Shown piece after piece: positions 38,300 through 51,673 of a DNA stretch of 64,000 nucleotides (the first letter of the stretch is position 1; each line of letters opens with the position of its first letter). Under the pieces are notes generated by a model. The model did no database searches and was not told where the DNA came from. It saw nothing but the letters and a program-made list of their open reading frames with translations. The stretch lies in NCBI GenBank assembly GCA_951406725.2, contig OX597822.1, positions 6,262,001 through 6,326,000 of the forward strand, read 5' to 3'. This DNA comes from Octopus vulgaris. Its lineage: Eukaryota. A program made the translations under genes and the position numbers.

Positions 38300-38507
38300 T
38301 TCTTCTTCTTCTTCTTCTTCTTCTTCTTCTTCTTCTTCTTCTTCTTCTTCTTCTTCTTCTTCTTCTTCTTCTTCTTCTTCTTCTTCTTCTTCGTCTTCTT
38401 CGTCTTCTTCGTCTTCTTTGTCTTCTTCTTCTTCTTCTTCTTCTTCTTCTTCTTCTACTTCTTTTTTTTCTTCTTCTTCTTCTTCTTCTTCTTCTTCTTC
38501 TTCTTCT
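38300..38507. repeat. (TCT)n microsatellite
   Basis: Direct reading. Confidence 0.96.
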
Positions 38508-38998
38508 ATCTTACCTCAAATCATCATAGTAGTCTCTGGGGGTATCTGTAAATCATCGCAAAAAGGAGAATAAAAGAAAAAAAAAAACGAATGAAGTGTT
38601 TTCACGAACAGAACGCGAGGATTAAACAAAGAGAGGGGCTGGGTGTGTAGGAGAGAAAATTCATAGAGAAAATGATTGAGAAATAGGGAGAGCAAGATAT
38701 GGAGATTTATAGCATGAAGAGAAAGAGAGAGAAAATCAGATAGGAAAACAAAAAAAAAACTCAAATAAGTAAAAGGCAGAGGGAGACGAAGAACATGGAC
38801 GTCTGTATGTTCATGAGACAAAGAGACAAAAAATATAAATAGATTAAAACAATAATAGCATGAAACCTGCTTACAAAATATCTTTCATCTGTTTTCAAGA
38901 TTCGCTCTTTCAAGATACTAGATATCATATCATGGTGCTGACACAATGTTGAATGAAGGATTGGTAGAGTAAAATATGTCACTGAATAATAGCTGTTC

Positions 38999-39092
<94 letters not shown>

Positions 39093-39384
39093 ACGAAGCC
39101 TATAGGGAAGAACCTACAGGCAAATAATGACATGCTGTATAATCGAACCAAACGAAACCGAGTTTATCGAACCATGTATCTATTGAGAATTCCCCTGACG
39201 AGACGCATTTCAGCACTGAAGGAAGCACAAATACCAGTCGTACCGTACCTCACCCGCGAGGGATCAATGAAAGATGGGCCGAAGCGATCGTTATGATTAA
39301 TAATGAAGCTTGTGAATTCCATTTAGCGTTTCTCTCATTATACATACATACATACATACATACATACATACATACATACATACA

Positions 39385-39452
<68 letters not shown>

Positions 39453-39783
39453 GTATGTATATTTGCGTGTTGAAATATATGCACAATCAGGTAGGCATGC
39501 ATCCACACACTATATGTCCATATATTCATTTATTGTTTGCATATAAGGAAAATTATTAAAGAAACCATCTATAAATATTTAAACATACATGTTACTTGAC
39601 AATGCACGCACAATACACGGCCAACATCACTAGAATGTATATACAGAAATACATGCATCTCTTATGTAAATGTATATATAGTTTTTTTAGAAAGCGATAA
39701 AAAATCCCAACGATAAAATTTGTTTTAGAAAGCGATAAAAAAACCCAACGCTGTGAAGATTTTAGAACATTTATAAATCGTAT

Positions 39784-39831
39784 GTCTTACAGCTGTTTCT
39801 GGGATATTTATTATATTCCTTCATCGGAGAC
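39784..39831 (-). ncRNA. Minimal type I hammerhead ribozyme motif (PLE-type; U4C core variant)
   Basis: Minus strand GUCU-CCGAUGA-AGGAAUAU-aauaa-AUAUCCCA-GAAA-CAGCUG-UA-AGAC: stem I GUCU/AGAC, stem II, palindromic stem III, GUA cleavage triplet. Confidence 0.7.
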
Positions 39832-40258
39832 TGTATGAGAAGATGTTTAAGCAATAGTTAATTTAGATAAGATATGAAATAGAGAGTGAAGTGGAGGAAT
39901 GAAAATAGATGTGAGATATGCAGTGATATTGCTTTGTAGATCCATTATTTAGGCTGAATGGTATACATATAAGATTCCAATACCTTGTGAGTAAATTCCA
40001 ATAGTATTTAAAATTGGTCATTCCAAGTATAGAGGTTGTATACAGTGCTATTGAATCGAAGGTTTTATTTAAAGTGACCTAAAAGTAGGGAATGTATTTG
40101 CAAGGTTAAATCGACAATAGGAAGAGAGGGATAAAGAAAAGAAAAAAGGAAAAAGAAAAACAAGGAGAGAGATAATAATGAGATGAAGACAGGGAAGGTG
40201 TACCAGTTAGTGGTCAGTCAAGATAACTTGAAAGTAGGAATGAGGAGATGAGGGGAAT

Positions 40259-40289
<31 letters not shown>

Positions 40290-40525
40290 TAATAGAATAC
40301 AAAGTAAAGGAGTATCAGTTATGTAGTGATAAAGTATAAGTGATGGTGCAGAGAGAGGGTAGTAATATAGTGGAATGAGGAATTGAAGAATATAGTTTAG
40401 GTGGTTGGACAAGTCAGTGCTTAGTAGTATAAGAAAATATATATTTATATATATGTATATATATATATATATATGTATATATATACGTAAATATATTTAT
40501 ATATGTATATATATGTATATATATG

Positions 40526-40556
<31 letters not shown>

Positions 40557-40782
40557 GTATATTTATATATGTATATATTTAAACATAATCAAATAGGGTA
40601 ATAAATAAATTATTATTACCAGTGATCCAGCACAAAAGACGAATTAGTCATTAGACTATATATTTTTCGTATAGAAATATAATAAAAAGGCTTCTAAATA
40701 AGGAAGCGTAGTGCTAGAAACACAAAAAGGGATAAATTCATGAAAGGAATGAAGATTAAAAACATTTACCATCCCAGCTATA

Positions 40783-40859
40783 TCCCAGACCGAACGGTTT
40801 CTACCTCTTTTTTAGCAAACACACAGAATATATTTGCCAGGCCAGGTTCTTCAGTGGGA
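40783..40859 (-). ncRNA. Type I hammerhead ribozyme motif with an extended stem II
   Basis: Minus strand UCCCA-CUGAAGA-ACCU-[ggcc-UGGCAAAU...UUUGCUA-aaaaag]-AGGU-a-GAAA-CCG-uu-CGG-UC-UGGGA: canonical core, GUC triplet, all three stems pair. Confidence 0.78.
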
Positions 40860-41153
40860 AGCCTTCGTAATCCTAGACGCACAGACTGTTAGAAGCACAT
40901 GTAGATCTAACGGTTTGTATATCCTAACTTTTCAAACCTCTGCGCAGACGCAAATCACACCCGGCGAACAGAGAGGATATCGGGAAAAAATTTACGAACA
41001 AATTTATCAAGCAATATTTAAACATAATCAAAAAGGGTAATAAAATAAATTATTATTACCAGTGGCCTAGCACACTATACGAAAAATATATAGTCTAATG
41101 ACTATTTCGTCTTTTGGCCGAATTGTACTTGACGTCAGCTTCAACAACCGTAG

Positions 41154-41345
41154 AGGCGCAATGGCCCAGTGGTTAGGGCAGCAGACTTGTGGTCGGTAGA
41201 ACGCGGTTTTGATTCTCAGACCGGGAATTGTGAGTGTTTATTGAGCAAAAACACCTAATGTCCACGAGCCTCCGGCGGGAGAGGGTGGTGTACCCCACTT
41301 TACTCTTTCACCATAACTTTCTCTCACTCTTTCTTCCTACTTCTG
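41154..41345 (+). mobile_element. tRNA-derived SINE (family D)
   Basis: ggcgcaatggcccagtggttagggcagc A box, ggttttgattc B-box-like motif, then ttgagcaaaaacacctaa core-like segment. Confidence 0.65.
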
Positions 41346-43664
41346 CCACAAATCAGAGGAACCATGGTGTAATCCACTATGGTGTGGTAAACTTTCAAAC
41401 CCTAGTCTAGATTGCGAATCCTCTGTACCCCAGGATGGTTCAGCTCTCCACCCGTTAAAAGCCACCGTTTACGGAATGAGGATAACAACTTAGCTTTCGC
41501 GCCCGTGCAACCGCCAGTCTATCGCGTGTGGTGGGTGGATCTTCAAGTTGCCACAGGCATTCTTTGTAGCTTAGAGTAGGCTCGAATTAGAGATTATTCT
41601 TTGTGGCTAATGGCGTGAGTCCTGGTTGGAAGAAGAAGAAAAAGAAGACGTAAGAAGCATCAACAACCAACTGTCAGATAGCAAGCTTGGTAATATTTTG
41701 GAATTATGTAAACTAACTAGTCTTTTGCTGTCTTTGCCACACACATACATAATGAATAGGAGGCGAGCGATAGGAAAACCAGCAAAAGAACAACAGTAAA
41801 CATATTAAACAAACAAGTTACCGAAACTAAGAACAATTTTAATGAATTTTTTAATATTAAAAAAAAGACATTTTAAACTGTTGTGATCCATTGAAATTCA
41901 AATTCAACGAATCATTTTCCAAATATCATTTGAATAAAACTAAGAAACATTTTTTGTATAAATTTAGGAATGATAAATTTTTAATGCTAAATTCCAGTAA
42001 TTTATAAAATTTTCATATATTTTTAACTTGAATTTGTTTTTGGTTACTTGTAATTTTGCATAATTAATTATAGCAAAATGCATAATTATACTTTTGATAT
42101 AAATAGGAAATTTGATTTGAGCCCAAAATATTAATTTTTCATATTTTGCGGGATCAGATCATCTAATTGGTACTATATTTTTAAAATAAATGTAAATACA
42201 TATATATTTAAAATTTATATTTTCTTTAGCACAATTTTGCATTTTAATGGCTTCTCTTTTGTGTCAGGTTCTTGGTGATATCTAGAACAAGGACGAGATT
42301 TTTGCAAAATAATTAGAAAAAAATCTTAATTTAGTCGTGAAGTCAATAAGCTACATTAATAGAAATGGTCGCATGACAGTACATGCTGATTTTAAGATTA
42401 TTATTTTCTCCTGTGGGTGAATGAGTTATAAAGTGAATAAAAATAGAGATTCAGACTCGCAATTCTCGGAAATATAAATCGTCCTTTTGTATACGACACA
42501 ACTACATAGGAAGAGATGAAAATCCCTAATAGAATACTATGTAATAAAGCTTCAAGTCTACAGAAAGAAAACAGTTCAAATTTTGATAAATAATTATTAT
42601 GCATTTTGCTTAACTGAATGAATTAGAATCCGAAAAAAAGCAATAAGAGACTCATGCCTTAGTAATGCGCCAACTCACGGCTCAAGTTCTCTCTCTTTCT
42701 CTCTCCCCCTTTCTTCCTACTTCCTTGCTCGCCATACACACTTTGTAAATGCTAGAGTTATGTGAACTGAGTAAATGGAGACCAACAAGTATGTGAACTG
42801 AGTAAATTCTGACAAACATTGGTGTGAACTAAATAATAGCTGACAAATATTTAAATGAAATATCTAATTGGTGAAAAGCAGTTCTATGAATTGAATAAAT
42901 ACTAACAAAGAGTTACGTGAAAAGTTTGTGTGTTTCGCAATCTATTCACCATTTTAACATCTTTCTTCTATTGTTTTCCCTCATTGCTATCGAATTGTGT
43001 TGCGATTTTCGCGCTTTCTTAAATTCTTTTTTCAAATTATTGTTAATAAATTTACATAATTTGTGGTAATACTACCACAGATGAAATGCATGAATATTGT
43101 TAAAAACTCCTTTCATATTTTGCATAATTGTTTTTTCAATTTTTTTTTTACGAGGATATGAATACGAATATGAATTAATTACAGACTAAGAGAAGCGACA
43201 AGTAATTATGCTATTCTTTTGACTGAATTCTTTTCTCTGCAAGGAATGAAGAGATATTTTTGAAGCAATGAATATGAATATAAATATAAAACGGACAGAT
43301 CCGCACAGTCGTTAAAGGGCTTACAGAATACATCAGTGTATATAAAATCCCCTTTATTATCAACGTTCCTTTTCATCATTTCGAAAATGATAAATAAAAT
43401 ACTTGTCCCAATCGGTAGATTATCGGAAATATCAGCGCGTTCGACGAGAGAGCTTGCGGAATTTATTCCAACTATTTTCGTTCTGAGTTCAAATTGCATC
43501 TAGGAGTAGATGCCCAAGCTAATCTCTCGACTGGAGCACCTAACCAAATCCAGTATAGTCGAGTATAGACAACAAGCTGAAATAAAATGACAGCGAAATG
43601 ATGGGGTTTCATCTATATGTGTATCTAACACGACTGGATATAGAATATCGTTATTAGTTTAAAA

Positions 43665-43880
43665 ATCAGTTTCGAATTTTGGCACAACGGCAGTAATTTC
43701 GAGGGAGGGTATAAGTCGCTTACATCGACACCGCTGTTGAACTGGTACTAATTTTATAGACTCCGATCAGATGAAAGGCAAAGTTGATCTCAGCGTAATT
43801 TGAAATCAGAGCGGAAAGCCAGACGAAATGCAGCTAATTGTTTTGTCCGGCGTGTTGCGGATTCTGCCAGCTCGCCATCG
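43665..43880 (-). mobile_element. SINE family B
   Basis: gatgaaaggcaaagttgatctc...atttgaaatcagagc...attctgccagctcgcc. Confidence 0.8.
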
Positions 43881-45360
43881 TAATATCCCTTCAAGCATTA
43901 ATAGAAGAAACCTACAATCTACGCATTGTTGTGATGCGGAGAACATTTTGTTGAAGTATTGATAATTCCATTAAAACATTTTATTAATTTGATGACGAAG
44001 TGTCTCTTACTTCGGGATTCTCCTTAAGAGTGACGTGGCAAATAACCAGACTGAATATGTACAAGAAAACCTAGATGAAGAGGGAACCAAAAGTCTGGTC
44101 CGATATAACTGACAGATAATTAACTAAGCTGAAGTCATCCCGGTATACACGCGTCTTGTACAGGAGTTTTTTCCCCAAAGCACATAATTAATGATGAAAG
44201 TGATGCACTCCTTTACCGACGTCTTATTTGCCTCAGTGCAGGGTCCTTTGGTTTGCTTGATGTGATGGTGATGTACATCAACGGATGTGGCGCTTCCACT
44301 GTGAAGCAAATACCAAGAGGTTACGGGCGAAACAGTGAGAAAAGGACAGGAGAAGAGAGAGAAAGTCAGAGAGAGAGAGAGGAAAAGAACGTAAGCAGGT
44401 AAAGGAGAGAAACGAATTTACAGGCAGAACCTTGGATGGTATTGTAAATTCCGTTGCCCTGTTTAAGAATATCAGTTGGAACGCCGATTATCTTCAGCAG
44501 AGTCTACTCGGTTGCAAGCATTCGGGCGAGGGATTTGGTTTGGGGATGTCTTCATCTTTCACAAGTCTCAGAAGCGATGTAGAAAGGATCGTGTGCTTCC
44601 CTTCCTAACTAAGAGCCAATAAAAATAAAATGTACTTCTTCCTGTTGTGGATCCTTATTTTATTGATTTATTTAAGAAGTAAATTGCGTCTTGAGTAATA
44701 TTTAAACTCTGAATGCAGAGAATACAATCTATCCAAGGCTTTAACTATTCCGCCAATTCACATGCAATGATAGTACGAGAGCTACTAGTAGTATAAAACA
44801 AAACTAAAATTAGTGACACGTGTAATGTACTCACCCAAAACCAAACCAAACCGAAACAAAACTATTTTGTCTGTCAGATGAAAGTAAACTTCTGGGAGTG
44901 AAAATTTCAGACTAGACAGTAATGTTATGACTAATATAACTGTCATGACCCCCAAATATCAATGTCCATACTTACCACCCTAAATGCTAATGACATACAC
45001 CAATTTTTCATCTACAATATTGGCTTCTGAAGATCCCAAAAAGTTGAATGGACCTGGTAGTGTGTTACTGACAAACTGAAAACTGGAGCTCATAACGAAA
45101 TATGAAATTAACGTAATGAAAAATTCCAGAGGCTATAAAACTTATAAAATAGAGTGTGAGCAGCTCTGAGTTTCTCATCTCCGCTTCTGTCGACGACAGG
45201 AATAAGAGATTCAGACATTGGTTTCTATTACAAATTATATTCATCTCTAATCTTTCTCAGATTTTAATATATTATCATCTTGAAAATAACCCTCCGGTAC
45301 TGAGTGTATATGTACACGTGTGTGTAAGAATGTATGTTTATACGTACGTACATATGTGTG

Positions 45361-45363
<3 letters not shown>

Positions 45364-45392
<29 letters not shown>

Positions 45393-45504
45393 TGTATGTA
45401 TGTATGTATGTATGTATGTATGTATGTATGTATGTATGTATGTATGTATGTATGTATGTATGTATGTATGTATGTATGTATGTATGTATGTATGTATGTA
45501 TGTA
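45364..45504. repeat. (ATGT)n microsatellite
   Basis: Direct reading; similar tracts at 39341-39412, 46112-46236, 49922-49985. Confidence 0.96.
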
Positions 45505-46208
45505 GGTTGGTGGGTAGGTATATACGTGCGTATTGTTGTATACATGAATATATGTATGTTTCTATGTAATGAATGTATGTATCTTTGAACTCATGAATGT
45601 ATATGAATAAATGAGTGTATATTATGAGTGTAAAGGATAGAACAGTAGTTACATAATCATATTCATTAGCTTACAGCTATTTCCGCTATAACAATCTACA
45701 CATCCAGAGGTGATTGACAGTGTGACTTTTTAAAAATTCAATTGTAGCTCTAATATGTGCGTGTGTGTGTTCAAACAGACGGCTGCAGACACTCACAAGC
45801 GAACGCGCGTATTGCTGCGTATAGTTGGTATCTGTTAAGCCACGTAGAACACAATTTCTAGACTAGTGCAATTTATACACACATACAAAGCTTTCTACTG
45901 TTACTTGCTTCTTCTCTCTCTCTCTATCTACCTCTCTCTTTCTCTTTCTCTTTCTCTCATTCTATTTTTCTATTGCTTTCTCTCTCTCTCTCTCTCTCCA
46001 CACGCATACACATAAAAAATTGTATATATATATGTGTGTGTGTGTGTGTTTGGTGTGTTCAGATATTTTGAAAATTTTTAAGACAATTACATTAAATATT
46101 GTTTCAATGTTATACATACATACATACATACATACATACATACATACATACGTACGTACATACATGCATGCATGCATACATACATACATACATACATACA
46201 TACATACA

Positions 46209-46239
<31 letters not shown>

Positions 46240-48024
46240 GTATGTGTGTACTCAGATATGTTGAAATTTTTTAGATAATTACGACATTGAATATTGTTTC
46301 GACGCTATGTAAACGATAACATAACTACTTTCAAAATATGCAGCTTTTAAAACATTTTAAATATTTTTTGTATCGGTGCGTAACTTACACATCATGTCCA
46401 AAACATGGAATTTTACTTATAACTTGGAAATCCTGAGTGATGTTTAAGCTTTCAAGTTAGCATACGTAGTTAGGAAAAACTCATTAGTGGCATAGTTTTT
46501 AAGAGTGTCTGTTCTACGGTGAACTATGTCTTAAGAAGTAACCCAATTACAAACTAAGGCTAAAAAAATGGAAGTGTGACACATTCAAATAATTCATATT
46601 ATATTCATCAATAAAATTTAGAAATTACTTGAAGAAATGAATTAAATCTGTTACTAACTATCTGATAACATTATCATTAGATCTGTTTCCGTGAGTATGC
46701 GAAAAATATTATAATCAATACTGTGATCCAGAATGGTCCAATTGCAAACCTTAAATGGTCTTAACCATAAATGTTGAAGTAGTAAGTGTCACTCCTTGTT
46801 GAGGACATCTTTAATGAAACTTGCAATTGTGACTGCCTTCGATAAATGCTTTCTTGAATAACTACGAAAAGAAAAGAGTAGCAGATATCCTGTTTGTCGA
46901 TTTAAAAAGCAGTGAATGACCGCCGGTAACATCATGAATGACGCTCGCTAGAAATACCACATTTGGGTTTTTGGCTTTACATTGAAAAATTACGCCTAAA
47001 GAAGTGTGAGCTTGTGTAACCTTTCCTCTACCAAACAGTATACACATTGGTTTAAGTCAGATCGGTAAAGTACCTTGAAGTCAGACGAGTCAAAATTGAC
47101 CTTTGTATAAGCTGATGGTAGCAGTTATATTTAGGTATAATTCTTTGGAGATTTTCATAAGATTCACCCATAACATATTCGTTCCGTCACTGTTCAAGTA
47201 AACAAAAATTAGCAGGTCACCATCCCTGTACTGGGCTCAGCTGTGACTGTGTATAGTGTTTTAGTGTACCTAGAACAAATAAACAACGAATTCGGCATCC
47301 TCAACTGAGTCGTGGCTCTGTTGCCTTTCCTTGCAATCAAAGTGAAATACGAGTGATTCCTAGCCTAGCGTTTGTAAAACATCTGATATCGAGGTGGTTA
47401 GTTTTGAAACGGAGGAATTTCATTATTTAAAAGTAGAAATTTACATCAAATTGGGTGAAATTGCAAGAGGAAGCAGTCTACTACAGCAGTGCTGGAATTC
47501 CATTGACTCAACGCTGTAGTAGTCCTAGTTCTTCATGGCTTCTTTACATGCTTATTTCGCTCTTACAGAGGTTGATTAGCCAGCATTTAGCGTTGAAAAG
47601 TTAGTTCAGCTTGTAGAACGCATATTAGAGAATTCATAGAGTGTCAGAATATATGACACTATATATATATATATATATATCCCAAGAATTTGCAGCAATT
47701 AGAAATTTGACCTATCATACTTTTGATACCAGAGATACGATATGGTACTTAATTTCAAGTCATTGGCCACTGGAAACACGGAAATACCACAGTAGACCTA
47801 GCGCGCGCACACACACACACACACGCGCGCACACACACACATACATACATACACACACGTTCACAATTACAGGGTATCTAATCCCTTTTGGGATATATAT
47901 ATATGTAGTGAGATTGTAACCAAACAGGTTGGTAACTGTTGTCGCTGAATTATACTCCACACAACATCGACTGACTTCAACATCCTATCCGCGCTATCCC
48001 CTCGAGCGAACATATATAAAAAAT

Positions 48025-48235
48025 CAGGTTGAAGAATCGTTAGCACCCCGGGCAAAAGGCTAAGCGGCATTTCGTCCGTCTTTACGTTCTGAGTTCAAAT
48101 TTCTCCGAAATCGACTTTACTTTTTATCTTTCCGGAGTCAATAAAATAAGTACCAGTTAAGTAGTGAAGTGGACGTAATCGACTACGTCCGACCTCAAAA
48201 TTTCGGGCCTTGTGCCTGTACTAGAAAATATATTA
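48025..48235 (+). mobile_element. SINE family B
   Basis: agaatcgttagcaccccgggc...ttacgttctgagttcaaat...aaatttcgggccttgtgcct tail. Confidence 0.82.
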
Positions 48236-48451
48236 ATACTAATTATTATCATTTGCCAGATAAAGAATCTACAAGATCTGGACTAACCCATTGGGTCATA
48301 AATGTTTTCACATAGAAGCCGTTTGAAAATTTCTTTTCATTTCCGTATAACTATGGATGTGGACATGTACTGCACTCACAAATATTTAAGTCAGATGGTG
48401 CTTATTAAAAATGTTATTAGTTATTTAGTATAATGTACAGTTCATTCCATA

Positions 48452-48856
48452 TACTCTTTACTCTTTTACTTGTTTCAGTCATTTGACTGCGGCCATGCTG
48501 GAGCACCGCCTTTAGTCGAGCAAATCGACCCCAGGACTTATTCTTTCTAAACCCAGTACTTATTCTATCGGTCTCTTTTGCCTAACCGCTAAGTGTTGGG
48601 GACGTAACACACCAGCATCGGTTGTCAAACAATGCTAGGGGGACAAACACAGACACACAAACATACACACACATATATATATATACATATATACGACAGG
48701 ATTCTTTCAGTTTCCGTCTACCAAATCCACTCACAAGGCTTTGGTCGGCCCGGGGCTATAGCAGAAGACACTTGCCCAAGATGCCACGCAGTGGGACTGA
48801 ACCCGGAACCATGTGGTTGGTAAACAAGCTACTTACCACACAGCCACTCCTGCGCC
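48452..48856 (-). mobile_element. Full-length SINE family A
   Basis: Full reverse-complement match. Confidence 0.93.
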
Positions 48857-49565
48857 TACTATATATTTATATTTATTTGTGTGTATTTCATTCTATATTC
48901 TTTGAATATGCCCAAGCGTATGTGTATATTTGTTGATTGTGGGCATTGCTGTCGCTGTAGTTTAGCTACAAACCAGGCCTGACCAAAGTGATCTATAACC
49001 AATCGCAGTGTAGCTATAACTATTTCCTCGGTTTTGCGTATCTAAGAATACGCTATTTTAATAATTTTTTCTTTTCTAAACACAGCAGAAATAGATATCA
49101 CCGCCACTTTTAAGAGGTTAAGTTGCTAACTAAGGACTCTTTCGTGGGAAGTGTTGCAGTAAGTCTGTGTTATATCTATACGCATACGTGTATGGACTTC
49201 TCTGCATTTGTGTGTGTTTTATTTTATTATTTCTTGTGTACGTGCCTACGTATATGCTTGTATATACATGCATTTATGACAAGAAACTATCATGAGGTCG
49301 TAAAATCTCATTAAACATACGCCATTGTTTCCTACTTGTTAGTTTTGGTTTTACATTTATTTTCATTATATCTTTATTATTCACTCTTAATCCTTCCACA
49401 ATTTTGGTTCTTGCGATTCTTCATCGTTCTAACTCAAAACTACTTTGATGCATTACTTGATTTTCTTCATCTTCTTTTTTGCTCGGTCTATTCTTATATT
49501 TTGTATCAGATGTACAGATTTCCAGAGTAATAAAAAGATGAATAAACAGATGAATTTATGCATAC

Positions 49566-49611
<46 letters not shown>

Positions 49612-50493
49612 CTGTATGTGTGAGTGTGTGTATAAATATATATGAATATAAATGTATGTATATATATAAACACATACATATTTATGCACACAAATGTATA
49701 TACACATGTATTGATATGTGTGTATACAGCCATACATATATCTATGTGTGTGTGTGTGTAGATCATATGTATATATGATATATGTGATGGAATATATGTG
49801 TGTATATTAAATACATTTAAATATATTCATACATATAGACATGCATAGATAAATAGATGGATAAATTGATAAATAGATAGATACATAGATAGATAGATGA
49901 ATAGATAGATATATAGATACGTACATACATACATACATACATACATACATACATACATACATACATACATACATACATACATACAGATATATATGACATC
50001 AAAACAGCACCAGCATCAAACAATAAGTACATTATAAACAAATACATATAACAAAAAACAAAAAAGGAAGAAATGGAGAAATATTCTGCTTGAGAATTTC
50101 AAAAGTACCTCACTGATATTTATCAAATTTAATTTAATTTTTTTTATATTTATATATATGTTTACTTTATTTTCGGTTGCAGTGTGTCATCACTTTTCGA
50201 TGATTTAATCTTAAAACCAAGAAGTCTGCTCTATCATATTATTAGTGTTCTTGATTCAAGATTGAGCTTGATATGTTCCTATGCTCTTGTAGTCGATAGC
50301 ATTCCAAAATGGCATCTCTTTGATGCCGTTTTCAACAATTTTGGTTGATCAGCAAAAAATTTCCGCAAGCAATAAAAATATTTTCTCAGTTTCACTTGAT
50401 GTCGCTTCAACGCATGGTGGTTCTTTTGAAAAAAAAAATGCAAGATTGTTAACCTATATTTACAACTCCTATCGATAATGAGGAGAATGATGG

Positions 50494-50542
<49 letters not shown>

Positions 50543-51041
50543 AACGAAGACGATGGCGATGATGGTAATGACGATAGTGATCTTAACAATGGTGGGATTA
50601 GTAGTGATATTCAAGATGCTGTTATCGCTACGCTACTGCTGTAGTGATTACTCGTTATAACTGCGACAGTCGTCGTGATGGTGGTGGTGTTAGTGGTGCA
50701 AGATTGGCGGTGCTGGGAATGCAACTTGCATTACGTGTTTCTGCAAGACATTACGACGGATTTTCCTACAAGGTTTATCCAAGTGAAGAACAACAACGAC
50801 CAGATACAAGTAAACACACACACGCATACATAGCGGCACTTCACACAACCACACTCAACGGTACTTCATGTAAAGAAATCGATATCAAAAGCAACGAGGA
50901 CATTGTTTTATACACGTTCAAAACAACCACAAACAGCCACATAACATGCACATTAATACACACATGCGTGTACGTGTTTACACAATATATAGTTCATATA
51001 TGCATGGGAACTTAAGCGCATATATGTATATATATTATATA

Positions 51042-51098
<57 letters not shown>

Positions 51099-51409
51099 AT
51101 GTATACCACACTACACGACACCCTACAACATCACAGGCCTCCCCACCTCCCCACACGCAACCCACATACCCATCCCCAATCTTTACACCCACACACACAT
51201 ACACTCACACGTCCAGACCACCAGCCCTCTTTTACACGCACATACATACTCTCTTATACACACACGCACCCTTGTGTTGAGGGCTCTTTCGTATTGGAAG
51301 TCACTTGACCCTGTTATCTCCCGTACTGTCCCCTCTCGCGTTTGACCATTCTGTCCGAAGTCAGACGCCATGATAGATCGTTGCTTCTCTTCTTGTTTTT
51401 TCTGTGTAT

Positions 51410-51445
51410 CTTTCTGTAGAAGAGCGTAGGCTTGAAACGTAAAAT
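51410..51445 (+). ncRNA. Degenerate minimal hammerhead-like motif in a (TA)n-flanked remnant
   Basis: CUUU-CUGUAGA-A-GAGC-guag-GCUU-GAAA-CG-UA-AAAU; the core deviates from CUGANGA at position 6. Confidence 0.4.
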
Positions 51446-51533
51446 CCTTTTTCTATTCCTGAGCGCAATACTAATACATTTGTTTGTTTGTACACCACCT
51501 GTCTTCGTCTTTTGTTTTTTTCGTAAACTTTCC

Positions 51534-51586
<53 letters not shown>

Positions 51587-51673
51587 TTATATATATACAT
51601 ACATAACTATATATATCTATATATATCTATATGTGTGTGTGTGTGTGTGTGTGTGTATACACACATACATATA

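Noticed and set aside
39190-39300. ctgacga ... gccgaagcgatcgtta resembling a hammerhead
   Set aside because: GAAA box absent and stems do not pair; at best a heavily decayed relic.
45668-45690. gcttacagctatttc, similar to the stem III half of the 39784 ribozyme
   Set aside because: No CUGANGA partner found at a suitable distance.
50718-50812. Possible host exon MQLALRVSARHYDGFSYKVYPSEEQQRPDT
   Set aside because: No recognisable domain, weak splice signals, embedded in simple repeats.
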